Below the pieces are notes generated by a model. It had not been told where the DNA came from, searched no databases, and worked only from the letters and a program-made list of their open reading frames with translations. A DNA stretch of 63,524 bases, counting the filler, from Atractiella rhizophila (taxonomy: Eukaryota): assembly GCA_021432655.1 (NCBI GenBank). It is 3 parts of 3 records of this genome, joined end to end, with 100 filler letters (N's around TTAATTAATTAA, not from the genome) between each part and the next. Parts side by side here need not be neighbours in the genome. Positions count along the whole stretch, not along the records: positions 1 to 30,420 come from MU271708.1; positions 30,521 to 60,876 come from MU271709.1; 1 more part is not named here. One strand, given 5' to 3'. Shown piece after piece: positions 24,085 through 36,067 of the stretch. The position numbers were made by a program, and so were the translations under genes. Position 1 is the first letter of the stretch. Each line of letters begins with the position of its first letter.

Positions 24085-25596
24085 GGTTGCGGTTGGAGTT
24101 GCCTGAGACCTCTGGAGGTTGATTTTATGAGAGAAACAGGCAAATTGCAGGCAAATTACGAAAGCGTTGGTGGAACAACAGGTAACCAGCGGCAACAGCG
24201 TGATGGAATTTGAAGAATGCGGAACTTGCAACTTCAGCAAACGAGAACGTGACTGTGACTGTGAAGATGGTGCACCGTGAGCAGACTTGAGAGGGGCAAA
24301 CAAAAGCATTATTCTGTGAAAGCAGAGTTGAATTTCAACGATACTTGTCCTAAAGAAGTCCATCTATCTTCCATACTCGCTCCCTTGCCCAAATCAACGT
24401 CATTTGACTCTCCAAAGGAGAAACCCTACTAAGAAATCAATATACCGAGAAAAAGGAAGAGGAATAACATGGAAAGCCCCGACTAGGCGCACTGCCCATC
24501 TTTGAGAAGAAAACCATCTTGACAGCTGAGAGCAACGCAGGAACCAGCTTCACATCCTATTCCGCGAGTGTGAGAAGTCGAGAGGGTGCAATCGAAGGCA
24601 GAGCCTCCGGACGATGGATGCAGAGGCGCATCTTTGGGCGAGTCAGCCGTCGAGTATAGTGGAAGTAGAAATGAGGTCTACTTGAGTTTGTTGTGCACGC
24701 TAGGGACTTTGCCGTGTGGACAAGAGCAGGCACCGCTGTTAAGATGTGACACAGATCAGGTTAGATGGGGCTGTGAGGAATCGACAGACTTTTTGACTTT
24801 CAAATCACCTTTACATCATCGACCCGGTAACGAGATGACGGTTGCGGAAGGAACGAAGCTCATCCAAAGACCGCAACCTGTTCCCTCTTGTGCTCAACGG
24901 CTAAAACGGAAGGGAAGGGAAGGCGAATTTGGTTATCTGCGCGAACTGCAAATCCAGTGGTAGGATCAGTCGGAGGTGGACATATGTCCAATTTGTTGCT
25001 CCGTTCGATTTCGGGGTCCGTCTTGCAAGCACATTTGCCATCCTATTACAATACGCGAAGTCTCAATCAGAACCTGAATTGGTCTCAAAGGCAGACGAAT
25101 AAACGCACCTCGAATTGAAAGCGACCTCCTTTTCATTCCGTTCCCGACAAAGCAACGTAATAATCAAACGAATGAGTGGAAGGAAAGGGTAATTCCACGT
25201 GTAAGATGAAGGTTCCAGCGGGAAATCGAGCATCCTTTGGAACAATATTAGCAAATGCAGGTGTTTTGCAGGAAGGAGTACGAACCATTGACAGTCAACC
25301 GTCTCAGTACGGTAGCTCTATTGACGATTCCACAGGACGGGACACGGAGGTGTAAACACTATAAACTTCAGCAAAGCTGTCCAACGTACGGATATTCCCC
25401 TCCCTCCAAAGCTATCGATCTCATCCCTCTGTCGTGAAATGGTCATTGTAGTGGCAATTTTCTTTTCCATCATCACAATCTCTATTTCGGCCCAGAACAG
25501 TCGGGATCGCTCACATTCTGTCGCTTGCAAGATCTGATCTCTCGTTCAGTTAGATCTTGCCTAACAAAATATGGGTTATAGTCTGGTATTGAAGTG

Positions 25597-27348
25597 ATGG
25601 AGCAACAAACATCCCTGATATACCACCAGGAACAAGGCTTCAGCGCACTTGTCAATCTTGTCCCTGCAGACGTCAGCCCTGTGCTCAGCCTCTCTGTTCT
25701 CCCCTCTTTCCTCTCAGTCATACCATCATCAGCGCACACGCTCCGAATCAGTTTTCAGTCGCCCCTTGGACTCGGGAAGAAGCCCCTTCCTGTCCTTACA
25801 TCTTTGAAATTGTCCACTGCCTCAGTCAAATGTCTCGAAAACACAGCCAAATACGACGGTGTGGTGAATCTTTGCGTCAGATTTGATTGGCAAAATGTTA
25901 CGGTAACTTTTGAGGCTGGCGAAGAGTCTGCAACTCTCGATTCGGACTATGGGTCGCCACGGATGAAGCCTTTCATCTTCACATATCCTCTCTCAGGAGA
26001 TAACTCTCAGGCCGTCGCCCTCCCCATAGTTGCGTACATTGGCGACGAAGTCATCTCTCTCAGTGACCCTATCACCTCGTCCCTCCTTCCTATCAGAGGC
26101 ACCGTCATCCAACTTTCAATCTCCACGACTCCAGGGGTTAGTTCATGCTTCATCTCACTGCTTCCTCCCGAGCTCCTCTGCCGCATCTTCGATTATTACT
26201 TGGATGACGACAAGGCAATTTCTAATCTCTCTCAAGTCTGCAAATTGTGGGCGGCCGTCTCGGTTTCTTATCGGAAGGAACCTTGTTCTCTGAAAAAGAA
26301 GCATGCTCTCCTCCAATTGTACCCAGGAGCTGGCCGACTATGGAGGAAAACGTCACTTGAAGAAGATATCAACGCTGAAATGGCGACTAAGGTCATTGCA
26401 GCTTCCCCGAATGTTAGGCAAGTGTATATGGACTCATTTTGGAATAAAGAGGAGGCGAAGATGGTGTTAGGCGCAATTGAAAGATTGGAAGGGGTGGAGG
26501 AAGTAACCTTCGGTGGAAAGGGCTCGAGAAGATGGAGGAAGGAGGAGGTAGAAAACTTTATGCGGAGGACGAAGGGGAAGATCATATTGCTCAGTGTTTA
26601 CGACGCCAAAGGCAGTTCTCCCTCCTCCTCTGCCACAGCAAAACTTCAATTACCTCCTAGCCTCATGACGCTAAGCCTTCAAAAGTACCCGCCCCTCCAA
26701 TCACTCTTCCTCCCCCACAACCTCGTGAACTTGACACTCTCCCAAATGTGTCCCCTCCATCCTTCCATTTTGGGCCAACGACTGCCGCCATTGCTGCAAC
26801 AGCTCTCACTCAGCCTCGCCCCCTTTTCGGACGATGGAACGACCTCCATACTGATTATTCCGCTGGACTTGTCGCACCTAAAACAGCTCTCGTCCCTCTC
26901 GCTCGATGGTCATGAGGAATCTTCAAGCCTTATTTCAAACCAATTCTTCAAAACTCTCATGAACGCAACATCTATAAGGACTGTTGACATCCAGTACTGT
27001 GTGGTGGACTGGGACGATTTCCTACTCTTCATTCCCTGGTTCTTTAATCAACGGGTGAGCGAGGAGAACGGCCAGAGGCTAATGCGATTTCTTGGCGTCG
27101 TTCTATTCTTCGGAGAGTGGCTGGAGGAGGATATCATGGCTGCTAACCAGATGATGACAGACAGCGCGGTGGAGACGATGGAGAAATCTTCGACTGTTTG
27201 GGAGGGAGAGCGTGGTGGGAAGAGCGACTTTGAAAGGCTCCAACGATTGTGGATTGAGGTGTCACGTGATTGGAAGCCTGAGACGTCAGATTCTCATGTC
27301 AACCAGGCCGGATGGGAATTGCCTAGAAACTTGCGAGAAGTGCTATAG
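25597..27348 (+). CDS. Apparently intronless F-box-like/LRR-like protein
   Basis: Uninterrupted ORF of about 583 aa. F-box-like LLPPELLCRIFDYY..LSQVCKLW followed by LxxLxL repeats. Confidence 0.7.
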   Translation: MEQQTSLIYHQEQGFSALVNLVPADVSPVLSLSVLPSFLSVIPSSAHTLRISFQSPLGLGKKPLPVLTSLKLSTASVKCLENTAKYDGVVNLCVRFDWQNVTVTFEAGEESATLDSDYGSPRMKPFIFTYPLSGDNSQAVALPIVAYIGDEVISLSDPITSSLLPIRGTVIQLSISTTPGVSSCFISLLPPELLCRIFDYYLDDDKAISNLSQVCKLWAAVSVSYRKEPCSLKKKHALLQLYPGAGRLWRKTSLEEDINAEMATKVIAASPNVRQVYMDSFWNKEEAKMVLGAIERLEGVEEVTFGGKGSRRWRKEEVENFMRRTKGKIILLSVYDAKGSSPSSSATAKLQLPPSLMTLSLQKYPPLQSLFLPHNLVNLTLSQMCPLHPSILGQRLPPLLQQLSLSLAPFSDDGTTSILIIPLDLSHLKQLSSLSLDGHEESSSLISNQFFKTLMNATSIRTVDIQYCVVDWDDFLLFIPWFFNQRVSEENGQRLMRFLGVVLFFGEWLEEDIMAANQMMTDSAVETMEKSSTVWEGERGGKSDFERLQRLWIEVSRDWKPETSDSHVNQAGWELPRNLREVL

Positions 27349-27957
27349 TTGTGACTGACGTGCTGACGCTGTAGACTTGTGAGTGAGCTCTAGGGAATAC
27401 CCCCTGAGCGAAATTGTTTCACTCGGTTCAATGTAACAACGTACTATCTTTCTTTTAGAAATTGAAAACGGGTTGGATTCATGGAAATGCCTCACGTTTC
27501 AGATGTCTAGCTAACTACTTCGTGTTGTCAACACCATGTGCAAAGTCACGGCCAGTTTTCTGGACAATTACCCTGGGAACAGAAAACGCCCAACTCTGTC
27601 CTGTTTCCCGTTCCACCTAACCGCTCAGACTCCCCTTGACCACGATGTCTTTCGCGAGATTTGTGATATTTGGGAGTTGTGGGTCTGCTGTTTGCTCCCA
27701 TTTGACTGGTCTGGCATGTTGCAGCTCTTCGAACCTGCTGGAACGTGTGGTGGAGTAAACTCGCAACACAGGTAGGAGGGAAACGAGATGGCGAGCGAAA
27801 CATGCGTCTAACATCATGCGTCACGCCACCGAGGCTAAGTAATATGACAAGGATTGTGACGAACTATTTTAGGGGGTCTCCCATGAACCGAATACCATTT
27901 GAGGATCTTTCCATTCACGGATTGTTCGAAAGCCGTCTGGCCTTGCGCATACATCTG

Positions 27958-28200
27958 CTACTGCTGAAATCTCCTCGCCATAACCTCATCTAGAGAAGCA
28001 GCTCCACTCAGTCCCAAAATGACCCTCGCCTCCTCTATCTCATAATTCATGTCACTCCAGTGATCGCAACAATCGCAACGATCGCAAATTCGTACATGCG
28101 AAAAGTCAAGGAGATAAACACTTTCCGATTCGAAGTAAAAGTTTTTGGTTCGAATATTGCCGTGAAGGACGCCGAATAATTTGTGCACGCCACCAGGGCT
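27958..28200 (-). pseudogene. Protein-kinase-like C-terminal fragment, degenerate
   Basis: VHKLFGVLHGNIRTKNF..VYLLDFSH resembles the catalytic loop (HGD to HGN) and a DFG-like motif. No intact upstream N-lobe found. Confidence 0.45.
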
Positions 28201-28717
28201 TTTCGCCTAGAAAGCGAAATAATGCCTGAAATAAATGCTGTGTCCAAGCTCGCAGGCGTCAATCATGGGCGTACTGCTTCACCCAGGTGCAGTTTTCTCA
28301 TCAAAAGTCGCTAATGCACTCTCACTCTTACAACAATCTACCTTAATAGCATCAATAAACTATAGTAAGCCTTGACCACGCATTTCGTTAGAGGGAAATC
28401 GAAATGATATTGAATGAATAACAAAGATAATGTGGATCTCTGTCAAAGGTATCACAGAAATTACCAGGAACATGTCAGTCTAGCTTTATGGTTGAACGAC
28501 GGATTCATCTTTATTCTAAACCAGTAGCATAAATTTGGAAGATACCATTGGCTGAGAATGGGCAATAAGTGATAAGCCTTCATAATAGGCTTTATGGAAT
28601 CATGGAGGCGGGAATTATGCTACGTCATCGTAATTTGAGCTCAAGAGCGGTGATGGTAGCCTGACCAAGCTATAATAGCTAGTGAGTGGAGAACTAGAAT
28701 TCAACACACCGGGGTGA

Positions 28718-29470
28718 TCAACAGTCGAGCTTTACCTCTGTCTCGCCAACTACATCTGTGAGCTCCTTTTCAAGTAAGCCTTTCATCGTCGACTCGTCCC
28801 GCGGATAAAACCACGTCTGCTCCTTCGCGTCATAGGAGTATCGCTTTGGTCCGCTATTGCGCCATACATTTGCTTAGCTGATGTGATACGACTCAAGACA
28901 ATAAGGAGAAAGAAGGGATGGAAGACAAACCTCACAGGACTCGAGAGCCATATCTCTTTGTTTGGAGGCTGTTTGTTAATAACGTATGTACCTTGCGAGC
29001 CCAGCTTTAGCGTCAGGACGCCAGACTGAATCCAAAAGCATAGGATTAGCTCAAGTTCTTCCGAAGGGCTTCCTCCAAGAGGTACAATTTCAAACAAAAA
29101 CAACAGCCCATGTTAAGTGTGAGAAGGAGAGCTTACCGAATACTCCACCTCCCAATCATCTCCTTGCTGCTCTACCAGCTTCTCTAGACTTTCAGTCAAT
29201 GAATCCATTGTACCATCAGAAATGTCATGGTATTCGCGTTCCGAGAGATTTCTGTTCTGCCCATCCCCCAATGCAACCACTAAGCTCACTTTCCTCCACA
29301 TTCTCGAAGACCATGGAGGCGTGGAACACAAACGCTTTCTCGTACCACGCCGCCTGAAAACTCTTAAACGATCTTGACTGAAACTTCGTCCGTGTCATGG
29401 AAAGCAGAGCCGTATTGCGTTGGAAGCCATCATAGCGGAGATGCCTCGCAACTCTTGAAAATGTCAACAT
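28718..29470 (-). CDS. YFH1: Frataxin (mitochondrial iron/Fe-S protein)
   Basis: Arg-rich presequence, then [42 protein letters not shown]. Confidence 0.95.
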
Positions 29471-29707
29471 TGTCGTTTCGTTTTGCTGTTTGGTGGCAGG
29501 CGGCCTATTCGGGCGGACCCGAACCTTGACGCGAACATGGGTGTACAAGGAATGTAGAAGACAGATAATAATACTCCACCAGGAAGTCCGACCAGCGACG
29601 TCGCCTAAATAAAGGAGGAGATGCCTCTCAGAGCAATGTTCTCTCCACGGTCGAATCGACCCTTTAAGAGCTGATCTGGGAGGTGTTTGTGGTGAAAAAC
29701 GAGAGAA

Positions 29708-30420
29708 ATGTCGAGAGATAGGTTGGCTGCGTTTCAGGTTCGTCCCTTCGCCCAACTTATTCTGCAGTAGTTGATGTAAGATGCCTTTTGAAGAATCAGG
29801 TTTCAACTGGAGCGAACCAGAACCCTCCAATGACCAACGGAGCGGATCAACCTCATCGTCTGGAAGCTGGAGAAGGAGAAGGAGGACTGGATTTTAATAA
29901 TGAGGCGAGTTATCCATCCTTTTCAAAGCCAGCAGCTTTGGAAAGGAACAATAGCTTGTGGATGTCTGAATATCTTCTGACTAGATTTAATTTAGTTCTC
30001 TGTCATTCAAGACCAGCTCTCCTCCCTCAGCGGCATGATCCAACAACTGTCCTCGGCGCTGTCTTCTCCCGATCGTGATCCATCCGCCACGAAGAATATT
30101 CAACGGCTTCAAGAGGCATCTTCTCATTCAGTGAGCAATATCAAAAGTCGTCTCACTCTGTTAGAGAGTTCTATTGCACGCCTCCCAGCAGGCGATGACA
30201 AGAAAGTCCGACTTCAGCAAGCGGCAGCCCTTAAGAACAGGTTCAAGGCCGTCATCGAGGAATATCAAAAGGAAGAGAAGAAGAATAGAGATAAGTTGCG
30301 AGAGAGGATGGAGAGACAGTATAGGATTGTGAAACCTGACGCGGTGGGTCTAGAATCCTTTCTCATGAGAGGAAGCTGATGAAGAGCAGACGGACGAGGA
30401 AGTGCGGAGTGCCATCGAGG
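29708..30420 (+). CDS. Plasma-membrane syntaxin (Sso1/Sso2-like), 3'-truncated by the scaffold end
   Basis: MSRDRLAAFQ start. Habc-like helices and ..KLRERMERQYRIVKPDA|TDEEVRSAIE. Confidence 0.85.
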
Positions 30421-30520
30421 NNNNNNNNNNNNNNNNNNNNNNNNNNNNNNNNNNNNNNNNNNNNTTAATTAATTAANNNNNNNNNNNNNNNNNNNNNNNN
30501 NNNNNNNNNNNNNNNNNNNN
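30421..30520. other. Artificial scaffold spacer (44 N, TTAATTAATTAA, 44 N)
   Basis: Six-frame stop linker between N runs. The same spacer occurs at 60877-60976. Confidence 0.97.
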
Positions 30521-31304
30521 CACTCCCGCTGCTCACTGACCTCCCACTCCCGTTCAGCAGCTCTTCGCCTCTTCTCCCGCTAGCCAGCATCCTCTCCATC
30601 CTCTCCATCTCCCTCGTTTGGCTCAACTCTTCCTCCTCCTCCCTCTCTCTCCACATCCTCGCTTCGTCAACAAGGGTAAGGCCTTTGATTCCGCACGTCG
30701 ATGTGCTACTGTAGTCAGGAGTGGAGACGCGCATTCTGTGCACGTCGACAATGTCAGAGATGGAAGGTCTCCCTTTGGAAGATTTGAGGGTGTGAGCGCT
30801 TTCGGATGTTGTGCGCTTTCGAGAAATACTATCTTGTTCGTGTTGCTGGGTGCGAAAGTCTTGAGGATCAGTAAAGACTCTTTGATCTCGACTTTGCGAA
30901 GATCTGAAGTTCTTCTTCGTCACGGTATTGTTTCTGCTCAATCCACCGTTACCAGTATAAGCGTCGTCTTTTTCCTTTCCGGTGAATCGATACTCAGTTG
31001 GAGTCTTGCTATCCCTCTCTCGATTCAGATCGAAAGGACTGCCACTCAAACTCGAGTGGTAACTTCGAACGTCGCCTTCTGGTTCCTCAAGCTCACTGAC
31101 GCTGACGCTGCTTACCGTTCGGCTTTTGAAAGAGCTCTGAGACGTGGTGGAAATGGTAGTCGCTGACTTGTCGGAGACGTACGTCGAAGTGGGAGAGATA
31201 GGACGAGGTATACCGGAACCGGAGATGGAGCGATGAGATTTTGGGCGTGATCGTTTTGAGGTGGTGGAAGAATGTTCAGAAGGTTCGGTGTACTCACTAT
31301 CCAA
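30521..31304 (-). CDS. Ser-rich hypothetical protein exon, cut by the scaffold start; upstream exons unresolved (possibly up to about 32864)
   Basis: Open frame of about 260 codons with low-complexity S/R/E composition, preceded by a branch-point-like GCTGAAC/CTGAT intron end. Confidence 0.5.
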
Positions 31305-32552
31305 AAACGAAGGAGGGAAGGAAAGGGAATCAGTTCAGCGCATTGGGTTGGTTTTAAAGCATGCAGAGACCGAAAGAACAGGTCGCAAAGGCAAGGATGC
31401 CCAAATTGAAAAGCAAGCAGTTGGACAGCATGAAAAGGTATTGGGCTCCCTGGACATGCTGAAACGACTTTCGACGTGCGCGTTCTTTCCCTCACAACTT
31501 GCTTTCGCCCAACCAAACCGGCAGGCTACGAACGTTCTTCCGAACTCAACACATCACCTCGACTCAAGACAGCATCTTCTCCGATCCGACTTCGTTCAGG
31601 TCTGATCTCCTCAATTCTCAGGGTTTGTGGAATAAAGCGCAACCACGTGAATGCGCCCATAAAGATAAGGTTTGGGTACCAGAAACATGTATGATCCCAG
31701 GCTCCTTTGAACAGAAAAGAGGCTTCAAGGGACGCAAACAGGTTTCACTTCAAACAATGGAGAGTCGATCATACAGACTTGGACCTTGGACGTCCATTGA
31801 TTGGAAAATTCATGTGAGCTGTCAACGACCAAACCCCGAGTCAAACAAACACCGAAAACAAATCCTTTAGCCCAAGGCAACCCAAGGGCAAAAGAGGAGC
31901 AGAACCAGATCGGATTCATCGCGGTCAGGTTAGGTCTTCATTGTCTTGAAGAACGTCCATTGTCAGATAGCGCGTCATTCGGCCGAGATAAGATTAGGAG
32001 AAACAGAGTTCATTCATTAAAAAGGTCCGAAAGCTTACATTGAGTTTAGAAATCGTGAATCGATAAAAACTCGAAGGGATTGAGGAAGGATCTGCGACAG
32101 CTCGCATCGCGATTCTGAGGTCAGGAGCACTGAACGCGCTTCTTAGAACTCATAATCCTCCCGAGTTGACAGATGCAGGCACACCGGGAAATGAACACCT
32201 TTGTACACCAGAGCTGACGCGGATGCGTCACTGTAGTGGTTACAATGACAATACAAGGGAGGAGAATGCAAAGGTTTCGTGCCCAAGACAAGTTGAAAAA
32301 CAGAGGCCTCCTTTCGCACAACGAGGTCCGTGCACAGAGAATTCTTGGACTTTACAGGAACGTTAATAACTGCAGAGCTCTTGACCGTTGATGCGGAGCA
32401 AAACAGTGTAAGGGATACAATAAAACCAGCACGAATTAAGCAGAAAGGCAGCGTGATACCTTGATACAACTACAAAACGTGTAAAGAACGGACATAGAGA
32501 TTAAAAACTGGAAATATTTCACGCCACCGCTGCAAGAAACAGTAGGAGACAC

Positions 32553-32864
32553 TCACGTTACGGCAGGACTCAGGAGATGCCTGTCAACCTGAAAGACATT
32601 GCTCCACCTATCCCTGAAGAACACTGGATCCATCCTCCTGCTCTCCGTAATCCAAGGCTTGTCCTCCTCATTGATCTGATCCTGCTTCTTGTGGCTAGGC
32701 CATGGTCTGGTCACTGGTGGAGGCTCTAAGGGTCTACCTGAGCGTGACAAACGGGGTCTTGAGAGTGCAGGAGGGGTGGAGGCTGATCTCAGCGGATATC
32801 CACTGAGGGACGGGGGAGGAGTGAGATCGTCTGGAATCGGAGTCGACGCCCGTCTTTGTTCCAT
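32553..32864 (-). CDS. Possible 5' exon of a hypothetical gene (MEQRRASTPIP...)
   Basis: Pro/Ser-rich open frame ending at a GTGAGT donor near 32555. Downstream exons not resolved. Confidence 0.35.
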   Translation of the reverse strand: MEQRRASTPIPDDLTPPPSLSGYPLRSASTPPALSRPRLSRSGRPLEPPPVTRPWPSHKKQDQINEEDKPWITESRRMDPVFFRDRWSNVFQVDRHLLSPAVT

Positions 32865-33854
32865 TGATGGGATATGTGCGTGGCGGTAGTTGTGTAGAGT
32901 ATCAAAAGAGCTGAATAAAGGACTGATGGTCAGAGTCGAGAGAGGAAGTTGGTCGATGGGCTGGCCCTCAAGAAGAAAGTTTTGGCACAAAAGAGCTCTC
33001 CCGAATTGTGTTCCGAACCTTCTCTTAATGACCTTATCACGACTTCGCCTCAGCGACGTCGAGCAAGACAATCTCACTTGGATCTGGCTAGATGGATGGG
33101 CTAGGAAAAGCTGCAGCAGGGCTAGGCAAGGGCTAGGATTGAAGGGAGATGGTGAGTAGCTCAGCAACGCTGTCCGTTTTAAGACGAATCGTGTCTCCGA
33201 GAGATTATTCTATTCTACCTTGCTTAGGCATGTACTTATTATCGTTCAGTTCATCATAGAGTCACCCAAAGAACTCCAGAGTGTCAGAGACCTCTAGCTT
33301 TCTCTTCAAAGCCGCGCTGTATCGGCTGCAGCTTCATCAGGAACACATAACTTTGAACAACCTTCCCAACTACGTTACGTCTGCTACGGAACGCTTGGGT
33401 GCAGCACCTTCTGATTCTGTATCAGGGCGACCCAGTTCAGACTACTCAGGTTGAGAAAAATATTTGGGGACGACTTCTTGGAGTTTGGCTGAGGTGTAAA
33501 TTAAGACGAGGCACCAAAATGATCCCTTTTTCCACTTTCACCCCATCCTGATAGAACCACTTTTTATCTGGTTGGCTTCACAATCGACATGACAACAATC
33601 AACAATTGAAATCCTCTATCGGTACGGACGTTGGTTCTCCGCAACAGGGTCCAATCCGTCGTTGACCTCATCATTCTCTCTCCGACCCAGTGCTATTTTC
33701 TCTTTCATCTTCATACTTTAATTTTGAACGTGCTGATTCAAGAACATCGAAATGGTTCGGAGAAGGAGGATTCGGATGAAGAGGAGACAACTCCGGCATG
33801 ATTTGATCTGCTCTCTTCTTCTGATCCTATTACATCTGGACATAGTTTAAGATT

Positions 33855-35396
33855 ATGGGACTCGGTAGCACTCATCCATGTTTTCGCGCCAGAGCCATAT
33901 AGTAACAGTCCACCACGGCTCCACCTCTCCATTCTTCCCTCTTTTATATCTCTCCTACCTGAGTCAACTCCCACGATTGAGATCTCTGTCGCTGTAGTCC
34001 CTCTCGATATTCCTGGCCAGCCTTTGTCACGAGTGCTCTCGGAATTATCCAATGCTTCACATGAACGTTTCTTTGCTTCGATGGTGGAAGAGGACAATGT
34101 AGCGAAGCTCTTCTCGTCTGTGAAGAAGGTGTTGAAGTAAGCTTGAGGGGTAGCAATTTCGACCTCGAACCCTTTTATGACCATCCTTATTGGAAGACAT
34201 TCTCTACTTCCCGTCCTTCCAGATAATCGCTCTCAGGCCAAATATGCCCCCGTCCCTATCTATTCGATTGGCGACAGTGAGAGCGATGCAACCATTATCC
34301 AGCTCTCACACCCTCTATGTTCCGCTGTTTGCTTTATGTCACGCCTGCCTCCCGAGAGCCTCTCTCATCTTCGATGTTGTCCAACCTGACCGCTTCATGG
34401 CTTCCACTCTCGTTGACGTCTGCGGGCTCTGGAGGACTGTTTCCGCTGGTTCTCAGGACGTTCTGACTGGGAGACACGCACACTTGAAACGTTATCCTGG
34501 TGCTGGACGTCTGTGGACGCGACTATACTTCTTTGGAGAGGATGAGAGGGACGCGCAGATGGCGAAAGAACTCGTCCTGGCTCACATCTGTGCATCTGCA
34601 TGCATTTTGGAATGAAGAGCAGGCAAAGATGGTGCTGGATGCAATTGCGAGGTTGAAAAGGTGTTTCATTTCTTGATTAGAGGAGGAATCGGCGGAGAAA
34701 TTGGGGGAGAAATTGGAAGAAGGGGGAGGTGGAGACCTTTACGCGGAGGATGGGTGACAGGATCACACAGCTCTCCGCATCAGTGCATGGAAGATTCTTC
34801 TTCCGTCTCCTCTGCTCCGTCACCATCTACCGGCCTTCAATTATCTATTATCTCCTAACCTCTTTCATCGTTCTCTCTCCCGCACCGACTTCGAGGCCTG
34901 AGACTCTCCCGTCTGTGTCCCCTCCCTCCCTCCATATCAAGCTCCCTCTACAACCTCTTCTGAAACATCTGTCGGTCCACCTTGACTCGTACTGGGCCAA
35001 CGGTAATATCTCAATCCTATCCTCTCCGTTGGACCTATCACACCTCTCACAGCTCTCTTTCCTCTCTCTAGATGGTGTTGCGGAAACTTCGAACCTTGTT
35101 CCCTGCAAATTTTTCAGCACTCTCAAAACTGCAACGGCGATAGCCGACATAAGCATTCGGTATTGTGTGGTGGAGTCGTTTCATCTGCTGGTTCTTTGGA
35201 GATCGAGGGTCGAAAACGAAGGATGAATCTGAAAAGGGTAGCTCGAACCGCCATCTAAAAGTTCATCTACTATTTGGAGAATGGCACGAAGAGGAGATCC
35301 GAATTGCAAGAAGAACGATGAGAGGGGGCGGGGCGAATGCAAGGAGAGAAAGCGGCGCGTGGAGTAATGGTTTGGGGATGTGTACGGAGGAGTGAT
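33855..35396 (+). pseudogene. Disrupted paralogue of the F-box-like gene at 25597-27348
   Basis: Shared peptides (LSILPSFIS, LPPE, VCGLW, YPGAGRLW, FWNEEQAKMVL, PLDLSHLSQLS, YCVV, LLFGEW) are spread over several frames, with an in-frame TAA at 34138-34140. Confidence 0.75.
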
Positions 35397-36067
35397 TGGA
35401 ACACTGAGATGTTCATGAGCTACATGCGCGACGAAAGGTCATTGCACGTTTTGTGTCCACAGTCACTGGGAGAGCGCCAGGTCATAGTGTTCTATAGTCC
35501 AAGGCAGAGACTTGGAAGTCTGGGAAGTCTGCGCGTCCGTAAAGAATACTGTTTCGTGTTAGGGTGTTCAAGTGGGTATTATAAATCGATGGTTCATGGT
35601 TCAGGTTCATCATCCTTCTTTCCCTAGAAATTAGCTTAGCTCCTACCAATGCCATTATCGCACTAGTAGTCAAATGGCTCGCTTGCAAAGTAGTTGCAAC
35701 CATGAAGAATCGCAAGAGAAGGAGAGATTTAAGCAGTCCTGTCGCTGCGTTGGTCTCATCGTCCTGCCCTCGCACGGGAATGGGAAGTTCTGGGCGGGAA
35801 CTGGTAGGATCAGTCTTCTCCTCCGCTTTATGCATTTGCTGACTATCACTCATGAACTTCTAGTCGAGAGGCAGAGCTAGCCGCTTACTTTACTTTACGC
35901 CTTTGTTTGCAGCTCCAAAGAGAAGAGGACGTTGCAGTTTATTTACGCTCCTCTGTCCAGTTAAAGTGGCTCAAGGTCGTTCAACCGCATATTTCGAACG
36001 AGTCCGAGTTATACAAATTCAAGACAAAAAGGTATGCATTCCACATCAACATCAACATCATTCGTAC

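Noticed and set aside
30465..30476. Palindromic TTAATTAATTAA as a biological element (also 60921-60932)
   Set aside because: It is centred in identical 44-N flanks, so it is an artificial concatenation linker.
35482..35853. 123-aa minus-strand ORF
   Set aside because: No homology cues and no second copy to test conservation.
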